DNA of 64,000 bases, taken from the NCBI RefSeq assembly GCF_006345805.1, contig NC_043007.1, forward strand, positions 22,320,001 to 22,384,000, written 5' to 3'. A model generated the notes under the pieces. It had not been told where the DNA came from and made no database searches. It saw nothing but the letters and a program-made list of their open reading frames with translations. The translations under genes were made by a program, and so were the position numbers. Positions 40,875 to 53,318 of the stretch are shown here, one piece after another (the first letter of the stretch is position 1; each line of letters opens with the position of its first letter). This stretch comes from Octopus sinensis (Eukaryota).

Positions 40875-41532
40875 CTAATGCGCACCTCAACCACCGACTG
40901 CAGCAGCCGTAGAAGAAGAAGAAGAAGAAGAAGAAGCAACCACCAGCACCGCCGCCGCCAACACCGACATCGTGACAGCGACCACCGAGATTTACCGTCG
41001 CCATCACTACCATCTTGACGACCACTGACGACAAGAACACATAAACATCCACCATCATAACAACAACGACAGCAATGATATCATCATCAGCATCATCAGC
41101 AGCATCCTTCTCTTCACGATCAACAACAACGACCGTCACATCGTCACCACCGCCAGCATCCTTAACAACACCAAACAAAACAAAAACACTTTAACATCGC
41201 CTTCAACGTTGCTATCACCACCAAATAATATCGCTAACAACAACAAGAACAACAACAATAATAACGATGGTGGTGGTGGTTTCAAATTTTTGGCACAAGG
41301 CCAGCAATTTCGGAGGAGGAAGGAGGTGGGGGGGAAGAAGGTTAAGTCGATTATATCGAACTCCTGTACTGAACTGGTACAAATTTTTCATCGACCCCGA
41401 CCCCCCGAAACGATGAAAAGGTAAAGTTCGACCTCGGCGGAATTCGAACCCAGAACGTAGAGACGGACGAAATGCTGCTCAGGATTTTGTCCGGCGTGCT
41501 AGCAATTCTACAAGTTCACAGCCTTTAATATT

Positions 41533-41563
<31 letters not shown>

Positions 41564-44500
41564 TGATAATAATAAAAAGGTATTCTTTCGATATAACTCG
41601 ACACTATCAAAACATTTCACTTCGGGTGTTTCCGTGGGTTGTGGGGTATAGATATAACGAAATCATTTTGATCATAATAAAGATTCCATTTTAAACTCGA
41701 AGAAAAAAAAAGCCTTGCATATTTGTTCTTACCTATTTCGTGTGTGTTTGTAAAATCCCGCAAATTTCCAAGAAGAAAACAGAATCGAACTGTCATTTGC
41801 TTCCGCGGAAATACCCGAAGTGAAGTGTTTTGATTTTTGTCGAGTTATATCGAAAGAATGCCAATAATAATAATAATAATTATGATAATAATAATGATGA
41901 TGATAATAATGATGATAATGATATAAATGATGATGATGATAATGATGATGATGATGATAATAATAATGATGATGATAATAATGATAATAATAATGATGAT
42001 AATAATAATGATAATGATGATAATAATAATAATGATAATAATAATGATGATAATGATAATGATGATGATGATAATGATAATAATAATGATAATAATAATG
42101 ATAATAATAATAATGATAATAATAATGATGATAATGATAATGATAATAATGATAATAATAATGATGATAATAATAATAATAATGATGATGATGATAATAA
42201 TAATGATGATAATAATGATAATAATAATGATGATAATAATAATGATAATAATAATGATGATAATGATAATGATAATAATGATAATAATAATGATGATAAT
42301 AATAATATAATAATGATGATAATAATGATAATAATAATGATGATAATAATAATGATAATAATAATGATAATAATAATGATAATAATAATGATGATAATAA
42401 TAATGATAATAATAATGATGATAATGATAATGATAATAATGATGATAATGATGATAATAATAATGATAATAATAATGATGATAATGATAATGATAATAAT
42501 GATAATAATAATGATGATAATAATAATAATAATGATGATAATAATGATAATAATAATGATGATAATAATAATGATAATAATAATGATAATAATAATGATA
42601 ATAATAATGATAATAATAATGATAATAATAATGATGATAATAATAATGATAATAATAATGATGATAATAATAATGATAATAATAATGATAATAATAATGA
42701 TGATAATAATAATGATAATAATAATGATAATAATAATGATGATAATAATAATGATAATAATAATGATGATAATGATAATAATGATAATAATGATGATGAT
42801 AATAATAATAATAATAATAACAATAATAATAATAATGATAATAATAATAATAATAATGATGATGATGATAATATAATAATAATAATAACAATAATAATAA
42901 TAATGATAATAATAATAATAATAATAATAATGATGATAATAATAATAATAATAATAATAATAATTGTTATTGGCCAGAAGGGTCGCGAAAACACCTTAGG
43001 ACAACAGAAAAGCAAAGGAGAGTTGCGATTTAACAAGCAGCATCACCATCAATAAATTTATTGTTATGCTTAAAATATCCGCAAATGCCATTACTACCGA
43101 TGGATGCTATGCCACGACAACTACCACCACCATGTGCACTACACTTATCATCGTGAAAACAACACAAAACAATACTAACTATACCATAAAACCACCACCA
43201 TTAACACTAAAGCAACCTTATTAGCGTTAAGACCGTAACATGAACACCAACCACTAAAATCGTTCTAGTAAATACTAACACCGAACAGTACCGAAGTTGA
43301 CATGTACAAAATAGGGATCTTTTCGGTTTGAACGGCAGTTTTTTTAATATAATTTCCACGTAACTAAACACTCTTAAACTTCGTATACTGGTAGAATGTG
43401 TTTATAAAACATCTTTTTTCCTCTTGGCTTTATTGAGAAAATTCTATAGCTTGTAAGATATTTGTTATTTTTTTCTTCAATTTCTGCAATTTCAACCAAT
43501 CACTGACGTCTATTGAGGTAAAAAAAAATATTCTGTGCCGTATTAATATGTCCCTCGTTTAAGAAACAGATTGGGTTTATTTACATTTGTGAATAAAAAA
43601 AATACCCTTCTCCCCACCCCTAACCCTAACCCTAAAACAGATTGAAATGCAATAGATCGATACTAGGGTCATAATTATGGGTGACAATTTCATATGACAC
43701 CGCTAGAAAAAAACTGCCGTTTAAACCGAAAAGATCCCAAAATAGCAGTTAAATATTTCTTGGATCACACTTTATTGTCATTAAAGAAAAATGGATGGAC
43801 ATTGGATAGTGTACTCCTTGGAAAATAAAACAGATCGATCATGGCGGGAATATTTTTGATCCGAGGTTTACTCGTTAAGGATCAGCCTAGGGCTGAACAG
43901 AAATATCAACAATTATTACCAGCCGAGCCAACAAGGGTGCTTTTAGGTGATTCAGCATGCTGGAAATAGCAACCAAATCTCCCTTGAATAACATCTTACC
44001 GTCTTATATAAATGCAGAACACACACACATATCCCTCCCCACCCCTACACGGACAGGATGGTCCTGGGTAGAATGTCACGATCAGGATTGAACTGGTGCT
44101 AAACAATAACAACTGGCTCCAATATTATCACCACCTCCCCAATGACATTATATTTCTTTATTGCCCACAGGGGGCTAAACACAGAGGGGACAAACAAGGA
44201 CAGATAAAGAGATTAAGTCGATTACATCGACCCCAGTTTGTAACTGGTACTTATTTAATCGACCCCGAAAGGATGAAAGGCAAAGTCGACCGCGACGGAA
44301 TTTGAACTCAGAACATAGCGGCAGACAAAATACATATTTCTTTACTAACCACAAGGGGCTAAACACAGAGGGAACAAACAAGGACAGACAAACGGATGGA
44401 GTCGATTATATCGACCCTAGTACATAACTGGTATTTATTTAATCGACTCCGAAAGGATGAAAGGCAAAGTCGACCTCGGCGGAATTTGAACTCAGAACGT

Positions 44501-47500
44501 AGCGACAGGCGAAATACAGCTAAGCATTCTGCCAGCTCGCCGCCCTTTCCCCAATGGCATTAAGTGAGTAACACAAATATCACTGTCATTGTAAACTTAT
44601 CAATTGCCATCACCTTCAACGTCACCGTATTCCATCTACCTCCATCCACATTATCTTTTAAGAAATAAGAGCAAAATCTCCCATTAATTACAAACTACAT
44701 CAGACATTTTCAACCACTGACCGCCATTTTTTGAGGCGAGTAGTATATATGTCGTGATATTTAGAAGACTTGACTGTTATTTAATGCCCCACACAAGGGC
44801 ATGTCTATCCTTTTGCTGCAAAGTGCAATGCGTACAACAATCTCTGTTTTAAAACGATTTCAGTAGATGTAACTGTTCCTTATAAAACTTTTTTTAAAAG
44901 AGCTGGTGTCTAACATTTTAGCGCCTTATACAGTGTGCCATGGATGAAAAAATAAGACCCCCATATCGTTACCATGCTCCTCAACAATACAGTAAGAGAG
45001 ATACTTGGTATATGTCTTAGGCGGTGAGCTGGCAGAAACGTTAGCGCGCCGGGCGAAATGCTTAGCGGTATTTCATCTGGCGTTACGTTCTGAGTTCAAA
45101 TTCCGCCGAGGTCGACTTTGCCTTTCATCCTTTCGGGGTCGATAAATTAAGTACCAGTTACGCACTGGGGTTGATATAATAGACTTAATCCGTTTGTCTG
45201 TCCCTGCTTGTCCCCTCTGTGTTTAGCCCCTTGTGGGTAGTAAAGAAATAGGTATAGTATGCCTTAAAAATTATGATGGCCATGTATGCAATACCTTTGA
45301 TAATAGAACTACTCGATCAGGGCTGACAAACATCTCCAAAAGAAAGGCAGTTGTTAAATCTTTCAACTATATATTTATCATTACCAAACGTTCTGAAAGT
45401 TTAGTCTCTATGGAGAGTACTGTGTAGAAAGTTAAAATATTTAAGTATATCCAGTTTGGAGCATTTAACAAGTCTTTTCAGAATGACCTTTCGTATTACA
45501 ATTTGTAATTACGGAAAATTCATTAATATTTTGTGAGATAACCAATAAAGCCAGCTGGAGACGATGATCTCCTGGGGCTAAAAGCTACAGTAACACCCAC
45601 CCTTAGTGGTTAGCCATATTGAGATGGCTAGAATACTTTACCAATAAATTATTTGAATTAAAAGAAAAGTTGGTCTATTTTTATTCATCTTGGAAAGATT
45701 CAAGTTTTAAAATATTTTAAACGATCTGGTTGAGAAAATTTACCAAGGCCAAATAAGTAAAAGGACATTGCGCTAGCCAAGTGATCAAGATATTTTATTT
45801 AAGAAGGACTCCAGATCTCAGGTCCTACTTCAATTGAGTAAGGATATATGTTTCAAACATTTTTTAACAAAAAGTTTTGTTTCGTGACCGTAAAAGACCC
45901 AAATCAAATGCATCGTTAAAAACCTTTCACGGCGAAATTAGCATAAAAACTTCAAATCGCAAATTACAATAATTCCTAGGTCCTCTGACCTAGGAATTAT
46001 TGTAAATTGTTATAAGCAGTTGGGATTTCAGTCCCATTCAAGAAAAAAGTTTATTAATAACATTTTCTAAATCAACATGTAAAATCGAAAATTTTTGTTC
46101 ACAGTCAATGAAAACTACACCCCTGCAACCCATGAGCAAATTTACTATAGGTCAGGGGTTCTCAACCATTTTTTTAACCTATGGACCGGGACCCCTTTGA
46201 TTACTATTATATTCTGGTGGACCCCCATCGCCATTTGATGCTTAGAAAACTAGTTTTATAGAAACTTCTTTCAAAATTCCTAGTTTGTTTTTCACACATT
46301 AACTTGTGTAGGTTGAACTACGTAAACTGTTAGAGAAAGAAACCTAGCTGTTTCTTGCAATTCATTCATCAAAAACAAATTTTTTCAGGGGCCCTTAAAA
46401 TACTATTGTGGATCTCCAATTTATTATCATGGACCCGCGAAAAATCTTATATGGACCCCGGTTCAGAACCACTGCTATAGATCAACGTTTAGGTTTATAC
46501 TGGCCGAATTTCTATAAGCAGATGTATAAGTTTGCATCTGTATAAATGTTTTAGCTGTGGCAAGTTATTTATATAAATTAAGAGAGAATTGACTATAATA
46601 TTCATTTTGCTACATTTTTGGCACTTTCTGGGGCGATGGAACAAAACAGGAGTTCCACCCGATCATCCAGGAATACAAGTGCATCTGGCTTTTACAACAA
46701 GTGCATCTGGTTTCTGCAGCATCTACATTTGACTTTTACAACGAATGCAGCTGTTTTCTGCAAGAAGAGTAGGTGGTTTCTACAAGTGCACATTGTTTCT
46801 GTTCCTCTGGAATGCCTTATCAACATGAGTGTGCAAACCAGCAAAGCAAGAAGCAACAACGGTCAGATAACATGATAAAAGAAAAAAAAAAAAGATATGT
46901 AACATTCCTGTTGTGGGAAGTTTCATATACGTGCTGTGTCATGGTCACAAAAGCCAGGCAATTCAGTGAAGATTTTTGGGAGGTCCATGATAATAAATTA
47001 ACGAAGGAGCAGTTGAATAAATAGGGAGATTGAACGAATACACATCGGACTCATTATTCATTAGCCCCCAAAAGGCTGCTCTGCTGCACTCCAGATATTA
47101 CTAGAAAAAAAAAACTAGGGGAACAATCTTCAAATTGTTTCCTATTTCCAAATACGTTTATTTTTTAATTTATAATGTAACTATTTTGAACAATTTCTGG
47201 ATCTTTTCGGTTTGAACGGCAGATTTTTAAAATAATTTCCACGTAACTAAACACTTTTAAACTTCATATACTGGTAGAATGTGTTTATAAAATATCTTTT
47301 TCTCTTGGCTTTATTGAGAAAATTCTATAGCTTGTAAGATATTTGTTGTTTTTTTTCTTCAATTTCTGCAATTTCAACCAATCAATGACGTCTATTGAGG
47401 TAAAAAAAAACATTCTGTGCCGTATGAATATGTCCCTCGTTTAAGAAACAGATTGGGTTTACATTTGTGAAGAAAAAAAAGATACCCTTCCCCCCACCCC

Positions 47501-49785
47501 TAACCCTAACCCCCACCCCTAACCCTAACCCTAAAAGAGATTGAAATGCAATAGATCGATACTAGGGTCATAACTATGGGTGACAATTTCATATGACACC
47601 GCTAGAAAAAACTGCCGTTCAAACCGAAAAGATCCCAATTTCTCACCATTACCACCACCAAATATTATCAAAATAAACACTTGTGCAACCAACAGCATCA
47701 CTATCGTTACCTACTTCTTTGTTTTTTTAACATTGATACAAGTTTTTGCATTTGTGTATTATTAATTGAGAGAATCGACTCCAAAGATGAAGACAAGGTT
47801 ACACTCGGCGAAAGTGTAACTCTGAATTTAGTCATGAAATTACTCCGGTATTTAATTCAATGCTCAAACCCGTCTCTGCAACTCTGTCGCTGTCTATCAG
47901 TTTACAGTAAATGATAAATAATGATGTATGACATAAGGTACAAGGTCACGAATGTGGGGAGAGGGGTCTGTAGTCGATCAGGTCGATCTCAGTACTTGAT
48001 CGATACTTATATTTTAACGACCTCGGAGGGGATGTGAAACCAAAGTTGACCGTGGCGGTGTTCGAACTTCGGAACACAAAGGGACGCAACTAAATGCTTA
48101 CAATGAATTCTGCACGACGCTCGACCGACTCTGCCAATAATTAGAAAGAAAGAAAGAAAGAAAGAGCGAAAGAAAGAAAGAGAGAAAGAAAGAGAGAAAG
48201 AGCGAAAGAGAGAAAGAGAGAGAGAGAGAAAAAAAAGAAGGAAAGAAAGAGAGAAAGAAAGAAAGAAAACCAACATACGCATAAAGCTACAAATTTTGAG
48301 GGTGGGGAAGGGTCAGCAGATTAGATTGACCCCTGTACGTGATGGTACTTATTTTATCACCCTCCCCCACCTACAAGAAGGCTGAAAGACGAAGTCGACT
48401 ACGGTGGAATTAGAACCCGGACTGTAAAGGGTAGAAAGTAAATAACCGATGTTCTAACAGATCTGCCATCCACCGCTCTGATATCATTAAATACTCCAAA
48501 AAATAAAGAAAAAACACCAAAAGCGAAAAGACAACAGACTACAATTCCCGTCTTTAATATCATCACTCGCATCATCACCATCACAGCCATCCTCCTACAA
48601 TTACAACAACTGATTCCAATACGACAATCATAGCATCGCAATACCGCGCACCCACCGACAGTAACATCACATCGCCTACGATCGCCATATCATCATCAAG
48701 AACATCAGATTTCAACCACACGTTCCTTCCATTATCATCACCGCAATACAGAAATATATATATATATATGTATATATTATAAAATCACAGCCTGTATCAA
48801 TAAATAACAACATACTTTATCTCTGTCGCTATTACAAACACTGACCTCGTAACATCATCGTCACTACCAACAACAACAACAACACCAGCACAAACACCAA
48901 CATTATCACTACCAACAACAACAACACCGATACTATCACCAATATTACAATTTCACAATAACATCACAGTCAGGAATCGCATATAAAATCTTGATCAACA
49001 TCAAATCAACACCATCATAATTCGCTGTCGCTACCAACCATAATTACACTCGTAACGATAAATATATAGTTGAAGGATTTAACAAATGCCCTTCTTTTAG
49101 AGATGTTTGTCAGCCCTGATCAAGTAGTTCTATGATCAAAGCACCATTTTATTATTGTCAATACTACAAAAGAAAATTAAAAAAAAGAAATCACTGCAGA
49201 TATCAACATCATAACATCATCAACCAAGTATCAACCACCAATCCATCCATCCACCCCCTATTATATTACTATCCCCACCACCACCATAAACAATCAACAC
49301 AGCCTACCCACATCAATAACACCACCACCACCATCGCTGCAATATCAGTTATAACATTATACAACCTATCTCACCCACCTCTTCCACCGCCCAAACAGTG
49401 ACATTACATCACAAATAAGCGAAAATCCATTACGTTCCTAGCATTCTTGTTATTCTTTATCATTATACCAAAGAAGGTGGGCTAGGGGCCACGAAGATAT
49501 CTGGAGGTTCATTCATATATATACACACACACATATATATATATATGATATACAAATATATACATATTCATATACATACACACACACACACACACACCAC
49601 ACACATATATATATATATATATTATATAATATAAATGATATATAAATATATGCACATATACATACATATATGCACATATACATACATTTATATGTACATA
49701 CCTACATATGTATACATGCATATATGGGTACAGGACATCAATACGTACCCATATATGCATGTATATATATACATATATATGTAGG

Positions 49786-49816
<31 letters not shown>

Positions 49817-49880
49817 GCATATATTTATATATTATTTATATTATTATATGATCGAACGCAACACATCCTTTTCCAAGTAA

Positions 49881-49929
<49 letters not shown>

Positions 49930-50868
49930 ATCTCTTTATACACACATATATCGCATATATATATATACATAGATACATTTATATATACAAATGTGTGTGT
50001 ATGTATATATATATATATCAGTTCGGATCATTGTGCATTTGAGTTGAAATTTCGTTTGGCCTTTCTTCCCTTAGGGGTTAATATAACAACTATAGAAACA
50101 AAAAAAAAACACGATCTGGGGAACTGACTACGCAGCCTTCAACAGCAGTTGTTGGCCTTGTACCTACCTAGGAACAAGAAGAAAAAAAAAAGGAATCTAG
50201 TCATCCTTCACCTCCATATCATCACCGTTCTTCGCTAAGAAGACAAGAGTGCGAGTAGATGGAAGGAGGGGTTCTTGCCTCAAATAAATTTTATGAAGGG
50301 TTTCATAAGAGTGATGCATTTGCGTGGCGAAATAGCCCCTCCGTAACTTACGCAGCAGTAAGGTTGGTAGCAACGACTGAAAGCAGGGGGGTACCTGCTT
50401 TCAGAGAGTATCAAGGTTAATAAAGAGGGTTCTGTGTTGAGAGAGCCCGGAATTACTTTATGCAGTTGCCCGGGCACCATCGTGTTACTACGGTTATGTA
50501 TTGTTTTGTTATGGTGGATCTGGCCCCCTTTTTTACTCGATGTAATTCACTTTGTTTGTCGTTTGCTTTATCCGTTTCGCCTTTGACCCCCCCCCCGAGC
50601 CCAACGTCTTGGGGGTTCTTTGGGGGCCAATTAAAAGAAATATTTATTGCTGTTGTTGGAATAAAATGACAGACAAAACCGGAGAGGTGTTTTCTTAGAA
50701 GAAAAAAAAACAAGCAAAAGAAATGACAAGGCTAAAATTTGCTTTAAACATGTACTTCGATATATATGTATGTAAATGTGTACATTATATATATATATAT
50801 ATATATATAGATATATATATATATATAGATATATATATATATATGCATATAAATATATATACATATAA

Positions 50869-50905
<37 letters not shown>

Positions 50906-52156
50906 CATATAAATATATATATATATATATAATATATATACATATAATATATATACATATAAATATATATGCGTATAAATATATACCTATAAATATATAT
51001 GCGTATAAATATATACCTATAAATATATATACCTATAAATATATATACCTATAAATATATATACATATAAATATATATGCGTATAAATATATATACCTAT
51101 AAATATATATACATATAAATATATATGCGTATAAATATATATACCTATAAATATATATACCTATAAATATATATACATATAAATATATAACATATAAATA
51201 TATATGCGTATAAATATACATACCTATAAATATATATGCATATAAATATACATACCTATATATATATATGCGTATAAATATATATGTATATATACATATA
51301 TATTTATACACACATATAAATACATATGTGTATATATATATATATATATATAATGTATATAAAATATATACATATACATGTATATATAAATATACATATA
51401 TATATATATATATTTATACATGTATATGTATGCATACATATACATGTATATATATGCATACATGTATATGCATGCATATATGTATAAGTATATATATATG
51501 CATACATATATATGTATATGTATGTGTATTTATGCATCAATATATATATATATATATATATATATTGATACATAAATATTGATGCTGTAAACATCCAACT
51601 TACCATGTAATTAGCTGAAAAGAACACAACTTCATATCCTCAATGAAATAAACGATTAAAAGACAAACACACACACAATGAATAAATAAATATATATATA
51701 TTATATATGTGTGTATATATATATATATATATAAATAAAACCATTAGTAATACGCAGAGATACGCGGCGTATATATACCACCATCATTTATACGCAGCGA
51801 AATGGGAAAGAAGGGTGTAGAGAGCTGATGGTAAAAGAAACAAGCCTTCATCATCTCGGCATAAAATGAATATAAACAAACAGGAGTGAATGAATGAATG
51901 GGTGGACGTTACAAGACAACAGGTTTCTTTAAAGCTTCCTCCAGAAAACAAACAACCTACCGAGCAGAACTTTCCAAACATCGAGTCTATAGACGGAGGG
52001 TAAAGGAAATTTCAACACGAACAGTTTTAGTTTCTCTATGTCGACACGTTCTTCCTTGAGAAAGGACTCGATGTACTTCTTCGATTCCACTGCAGCGGAC
52101 ATGCCAAATTTATTATAGAAATACACGCGGAAATTCCGATCCTTTTCGTCTGCCAT
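23097..52156 (-). CDS. TBC1D7: TBC1 domain family member 7 (third subunit of the TSC1-TSC2 complex), 6 coding exons, 288 aa
   Basis: Exons of 196+185+141+146+130+69 = 867 nt splice in frame with GT-AG introns (phases 1,0,0,2,0). The product starts [18 protein letters not shown]...[17 protein letters not shown] and contains [25 protein letters not shown], matching recalled human TBC1D7 motifs ([54 protein letters not shown]). Confidence 0.95.
23380..24830. repeat. (CAT)n-bounded interspersed repeat expanded into about 4 tandem ~350-bp units with ~60-bp subrepeats (single copies at 2137, 4620, 26285, 28285, 31430, 32373, 36840, 58860)
   Basis: Starts catcatcatttagcgtccgttttccatgctagcatggg; recurring ggatggtgtttttatgtgccaccgacacaggtgccag. 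Confidence 0.85.
24885..25745. repeat. Three tandem ~300-bp AT-rich units, each with an internal ~55-bp inverted repeat
   Basis: Unit aataatatgaaggaatattattccaaactt...; arms aattagaaaaaaa..ttttatcaattcaataatgaaaaattaaattata and their reverse complement. Confidence 0.85.
25850..26095 (-). mobile_element. tRNA-derived SINE with internal (AAT)n and Penelope-like 3' tail
   Basis: Head ggcgtagtgggtaagagtg...gagttggattcc; tail cctgatgaaggctgg...cagctgaaa. Confidence 0.65.
26871..27000 (-). CDS. TBC1D7: TBC1D7 coding exon 5 ([44 protein letters not shown])
   Basis: Acceptor cattgaacag|, donor AAG|gtaagc; 130 nt. Confidence 0.93.
27078..27395. repeat. (AAT)n/(ATA)n tract starting about 77 bp upstream of the TBC1D7 exon 5 acceptor
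   Basis: Direct inspection. Confidence 0.97.
27390..27950. mobile_element. Interspersed repeat (probable LINE 3' region) embedded between (AAT)n tracts
   Basis: Recognised as common repeat-type sequence; bounded by AAT runs; no coherent ORF. Confidence 0.5.
29133..29278 (-). CDS. TBC1D7: TBC1D7 coding exon 4 ([49 protein letters not shown])
   Basis: Acceptor ctctttacag|, donor CG|gtatgc; 146 nt; not listed in the ORF track. Confidence 0.93.
29300..29938. mobile_element. Foldback MITE related to the GGGATC family: ~300-bp inverted arms around degenerate TTAGGG-like repeats
   Basis: 29300-29600 is an imperfect reverse complement of 29650-29938; centre ttttagggttaggattagggtttt; flanks atattt/atactt. 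Confidence 0.85.
30045..30370 (+). mobile_element. Decayed RTE-type LINE 3' end
   Basis: [46 protein letters not shown]...[11 protein letters not shown] with stops. Confidence 0.75.
30596..31130 (-). mobile_element. CR1-type LINE 3' fragment with internal partial duplication
   Basis: [26 protein letters not shown] motif typical of CR1 C-termini; (ATT)n tail. Confidence 0.85.
31845..31985 (-). CDS. TBC1D7: TBC1D7 coding exon 3 ([47 protein letters not shown])
   Basis: Acceptor ttatttcag|, donor |gtaaga; 47 codons; DQFWIT matches human DCYWIT. Confidence 0.88.
33787..33971 (-). CDS. TBC1D7: TBC1D7 coding exon 2 ([62 protein letters not shown])
   Basis: Acceptor ttaattccag|, donor |gtaaac; completes the split Gly codon; aligns with human ILPPHHES...EVYLRMYQLE. 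Confidence 0.92.
37519..39144 (+). repeat. Tandem array of ~223-bp units derived from the hAT MITE, interrupted by two TTAA MITEs
   Basis: TIR-like cagggg/cagggt at 37966, 38190, 38414, 38635; right TIR ggttgagaaccactg ends at 39144. Confidence 0.88.
39410..39595 (+). mobile_element. CR1-type LINE 3' tail
   Basis: Reverse complement of the tail at 30596-30790. Confidence 0.8.
41864..42965. repeat. ~1.1-kb compound (AAT)n/(GAT)n microsatellite
   Basis: Direct inspection; source of the 348-435 aa poly-N/D/I/L/Y ORFs. Confidence 0.98.
43314..43738. mobile_element. MITE, TIR gggatcttttcggtttgaacggcagttttt, 6-bp TSD aaaata
   Basis: ~30-bp TIRs; identical hexamer on both flanks; internal ccctaaccctaaccctaa. 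Confidence 0.92.
46153..46474 (+). mobile_element. hAT-type MITE (TIR caggggttctcaacc / ggttcagaaccactg, 8-bp TSD ctataggt/ctatagat)
   Basis: CAG-initial TIRs and a 7/8-matching 8-bp TSD, typical of hAT. Confidence 0.88.
47198..47636. mobile_element. Same MITE family, 6-bp TSD aatttc
   Basis: TIRs and body match 43314-43738; flanks aatttc/aatttc. Confidence 0.92.
50755..51560. repeat. Compound (AT)n microsatellite/minisatellite (ataaatatatatac units)
   Basis: Direct inspection. Confidence 0.97.
51961..52156 (-). CDS. TBC1D7: TBC1D7 coding exon 1 (MADEK...WKVLL, phase 1 end)
   Basis: ATG in ttcaccATGg context; donor G|gtaggt; 65 codons + 1 nt. Confidence 0.95.
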
Positions 52157-52246
52157 GGTGAAGGAACGAAAGGAAAACCACACACAGCCTCGTAGAAAAC
52201 AAGATTTCAAAGTCCGTAATAAGATTTACACACAATATTATATATA

Positions 52247-52279
<33 letters not shown>

Positions 52280-52699
52280 GTGTGTATATATATATACGTA
52301 TGTGTGTGTGTGTGTGTAGAATCGAAATCGATCAATTAGTTGAAGAACTAGTGCGTCGATATATGGCGCAGTGTTTAAAGAGAAAGCCAAATTTTCTGTT
52401 CCACCTTTCGATTTATTATTATTTTCGCAGAGAGCTTTTCATTCATGGTTCCACCAAGTTTCCGCACAACGTTTGTCAGAAATTGGTGTGGCAGTCTTTA
52501 AAGTTTCGTATAAAATCAATTATAGGTTATTTTTTTCTTCTTTGGTTTAAATACGTTGATTAATTTTCGTCTATATTAAATAATAACGGTGTTTTTTTAC
52601 GTTTCTTAAATTTAATTCAAATGGTGGGGGCATTCGTAAACATTTTTTTTTTTTTGCGGGCGTATAAAATACGATGTGATTGAAAAAGAAACAATATTG

Positions 52700-53160
52700 A
52701 CAAAAGGGAGAGTGAGAGAAAGACAAAAGAGAAATGAAGATATATAGATGAAGAGGGGGGGTAAGCAAAAGGAAGGATACTAAGAGTGAGAGAGGGGGAG
52801 AAGAGAGTGACAGAGGCAGAAACAAAGAGAGAGGGGCAAAGGACAGTGACAGAGAGAGAGGCAGTGACAACGTGAGAGAGAGGAAGAGCTAAAGAGAGAG
52901 GCAGTGACAAAGTGAGAGAGAGGAAGAGCTACAGAGAGGCAGAACCAGAGTGACAGAGAGAGTCAGAGACGGAGTGAGAGAGAGATATACAGAGATAAAG
53001 CGACAGAGAAAGGCAGAGACAGAGAGAGGGGAAGAATTAGAAGCAAGGCTAGAGTGGGAGAGAGAGAGAGGGGAAGAATTAGAGGCAAGGCTTGAGTGGA
53101 GAGAGAGAGAGAGAGGGAGAGAGACAAAAACTGAGTGAGAGAGAAAAGAAGGGGAGAGAG
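52700..53160. promoter_or_regulatory. Purine-rich (GA)n tract in the probable bidirectional promoter between TBC1D7 and the divergent gene
   Basis: Dense GAGA repeats between two head-to-head ATGs (52156 and 53319). Confidence 0.45.
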
Positions 53161-53318
53161 AGCGCCAGCTTATTCAAACCAGCAGAATGCGTTGCCTCGG
53201 GCACCTGATAGATAGGAGAGTGTAGTGGTAGATCTGTCTAACGTACGGCAATCGCACAGCTCAATATATGAAGCTATTTCTACGGGAAGCCTAACTTGTC
53301 TTTTACTGTGTTCTAACA

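Noticed and set aside
41729-43036. Longest ORFs in the track (348-435 aa)
   Set aside because: Translations of an (AAT)n/(GAT)n microsatellite, open on both strands because of low complexity.
43615-43635. Telomeric CCCTAA repeats (also about 47500-47533 and 60695-60710)
   Set aside because: Only 2-3 units and always inside the same MITE; not a telomere or fusion scar.
46618-47024. ORFs of 83-85 aa in non-microsatellite sequence
   Set aside because: All frames are interrupted, there is a short internal duplication, and no domain or splice pattern was recognised; probably a decayed transposon.
50285-50640. Possible RNase MRP/P RNA (ggggct and gaaa..cccc-like words)
   Set aside because: The order and spacing of CR-I and CR-V do not fit on either strand; kept only as an unassigned structured island.
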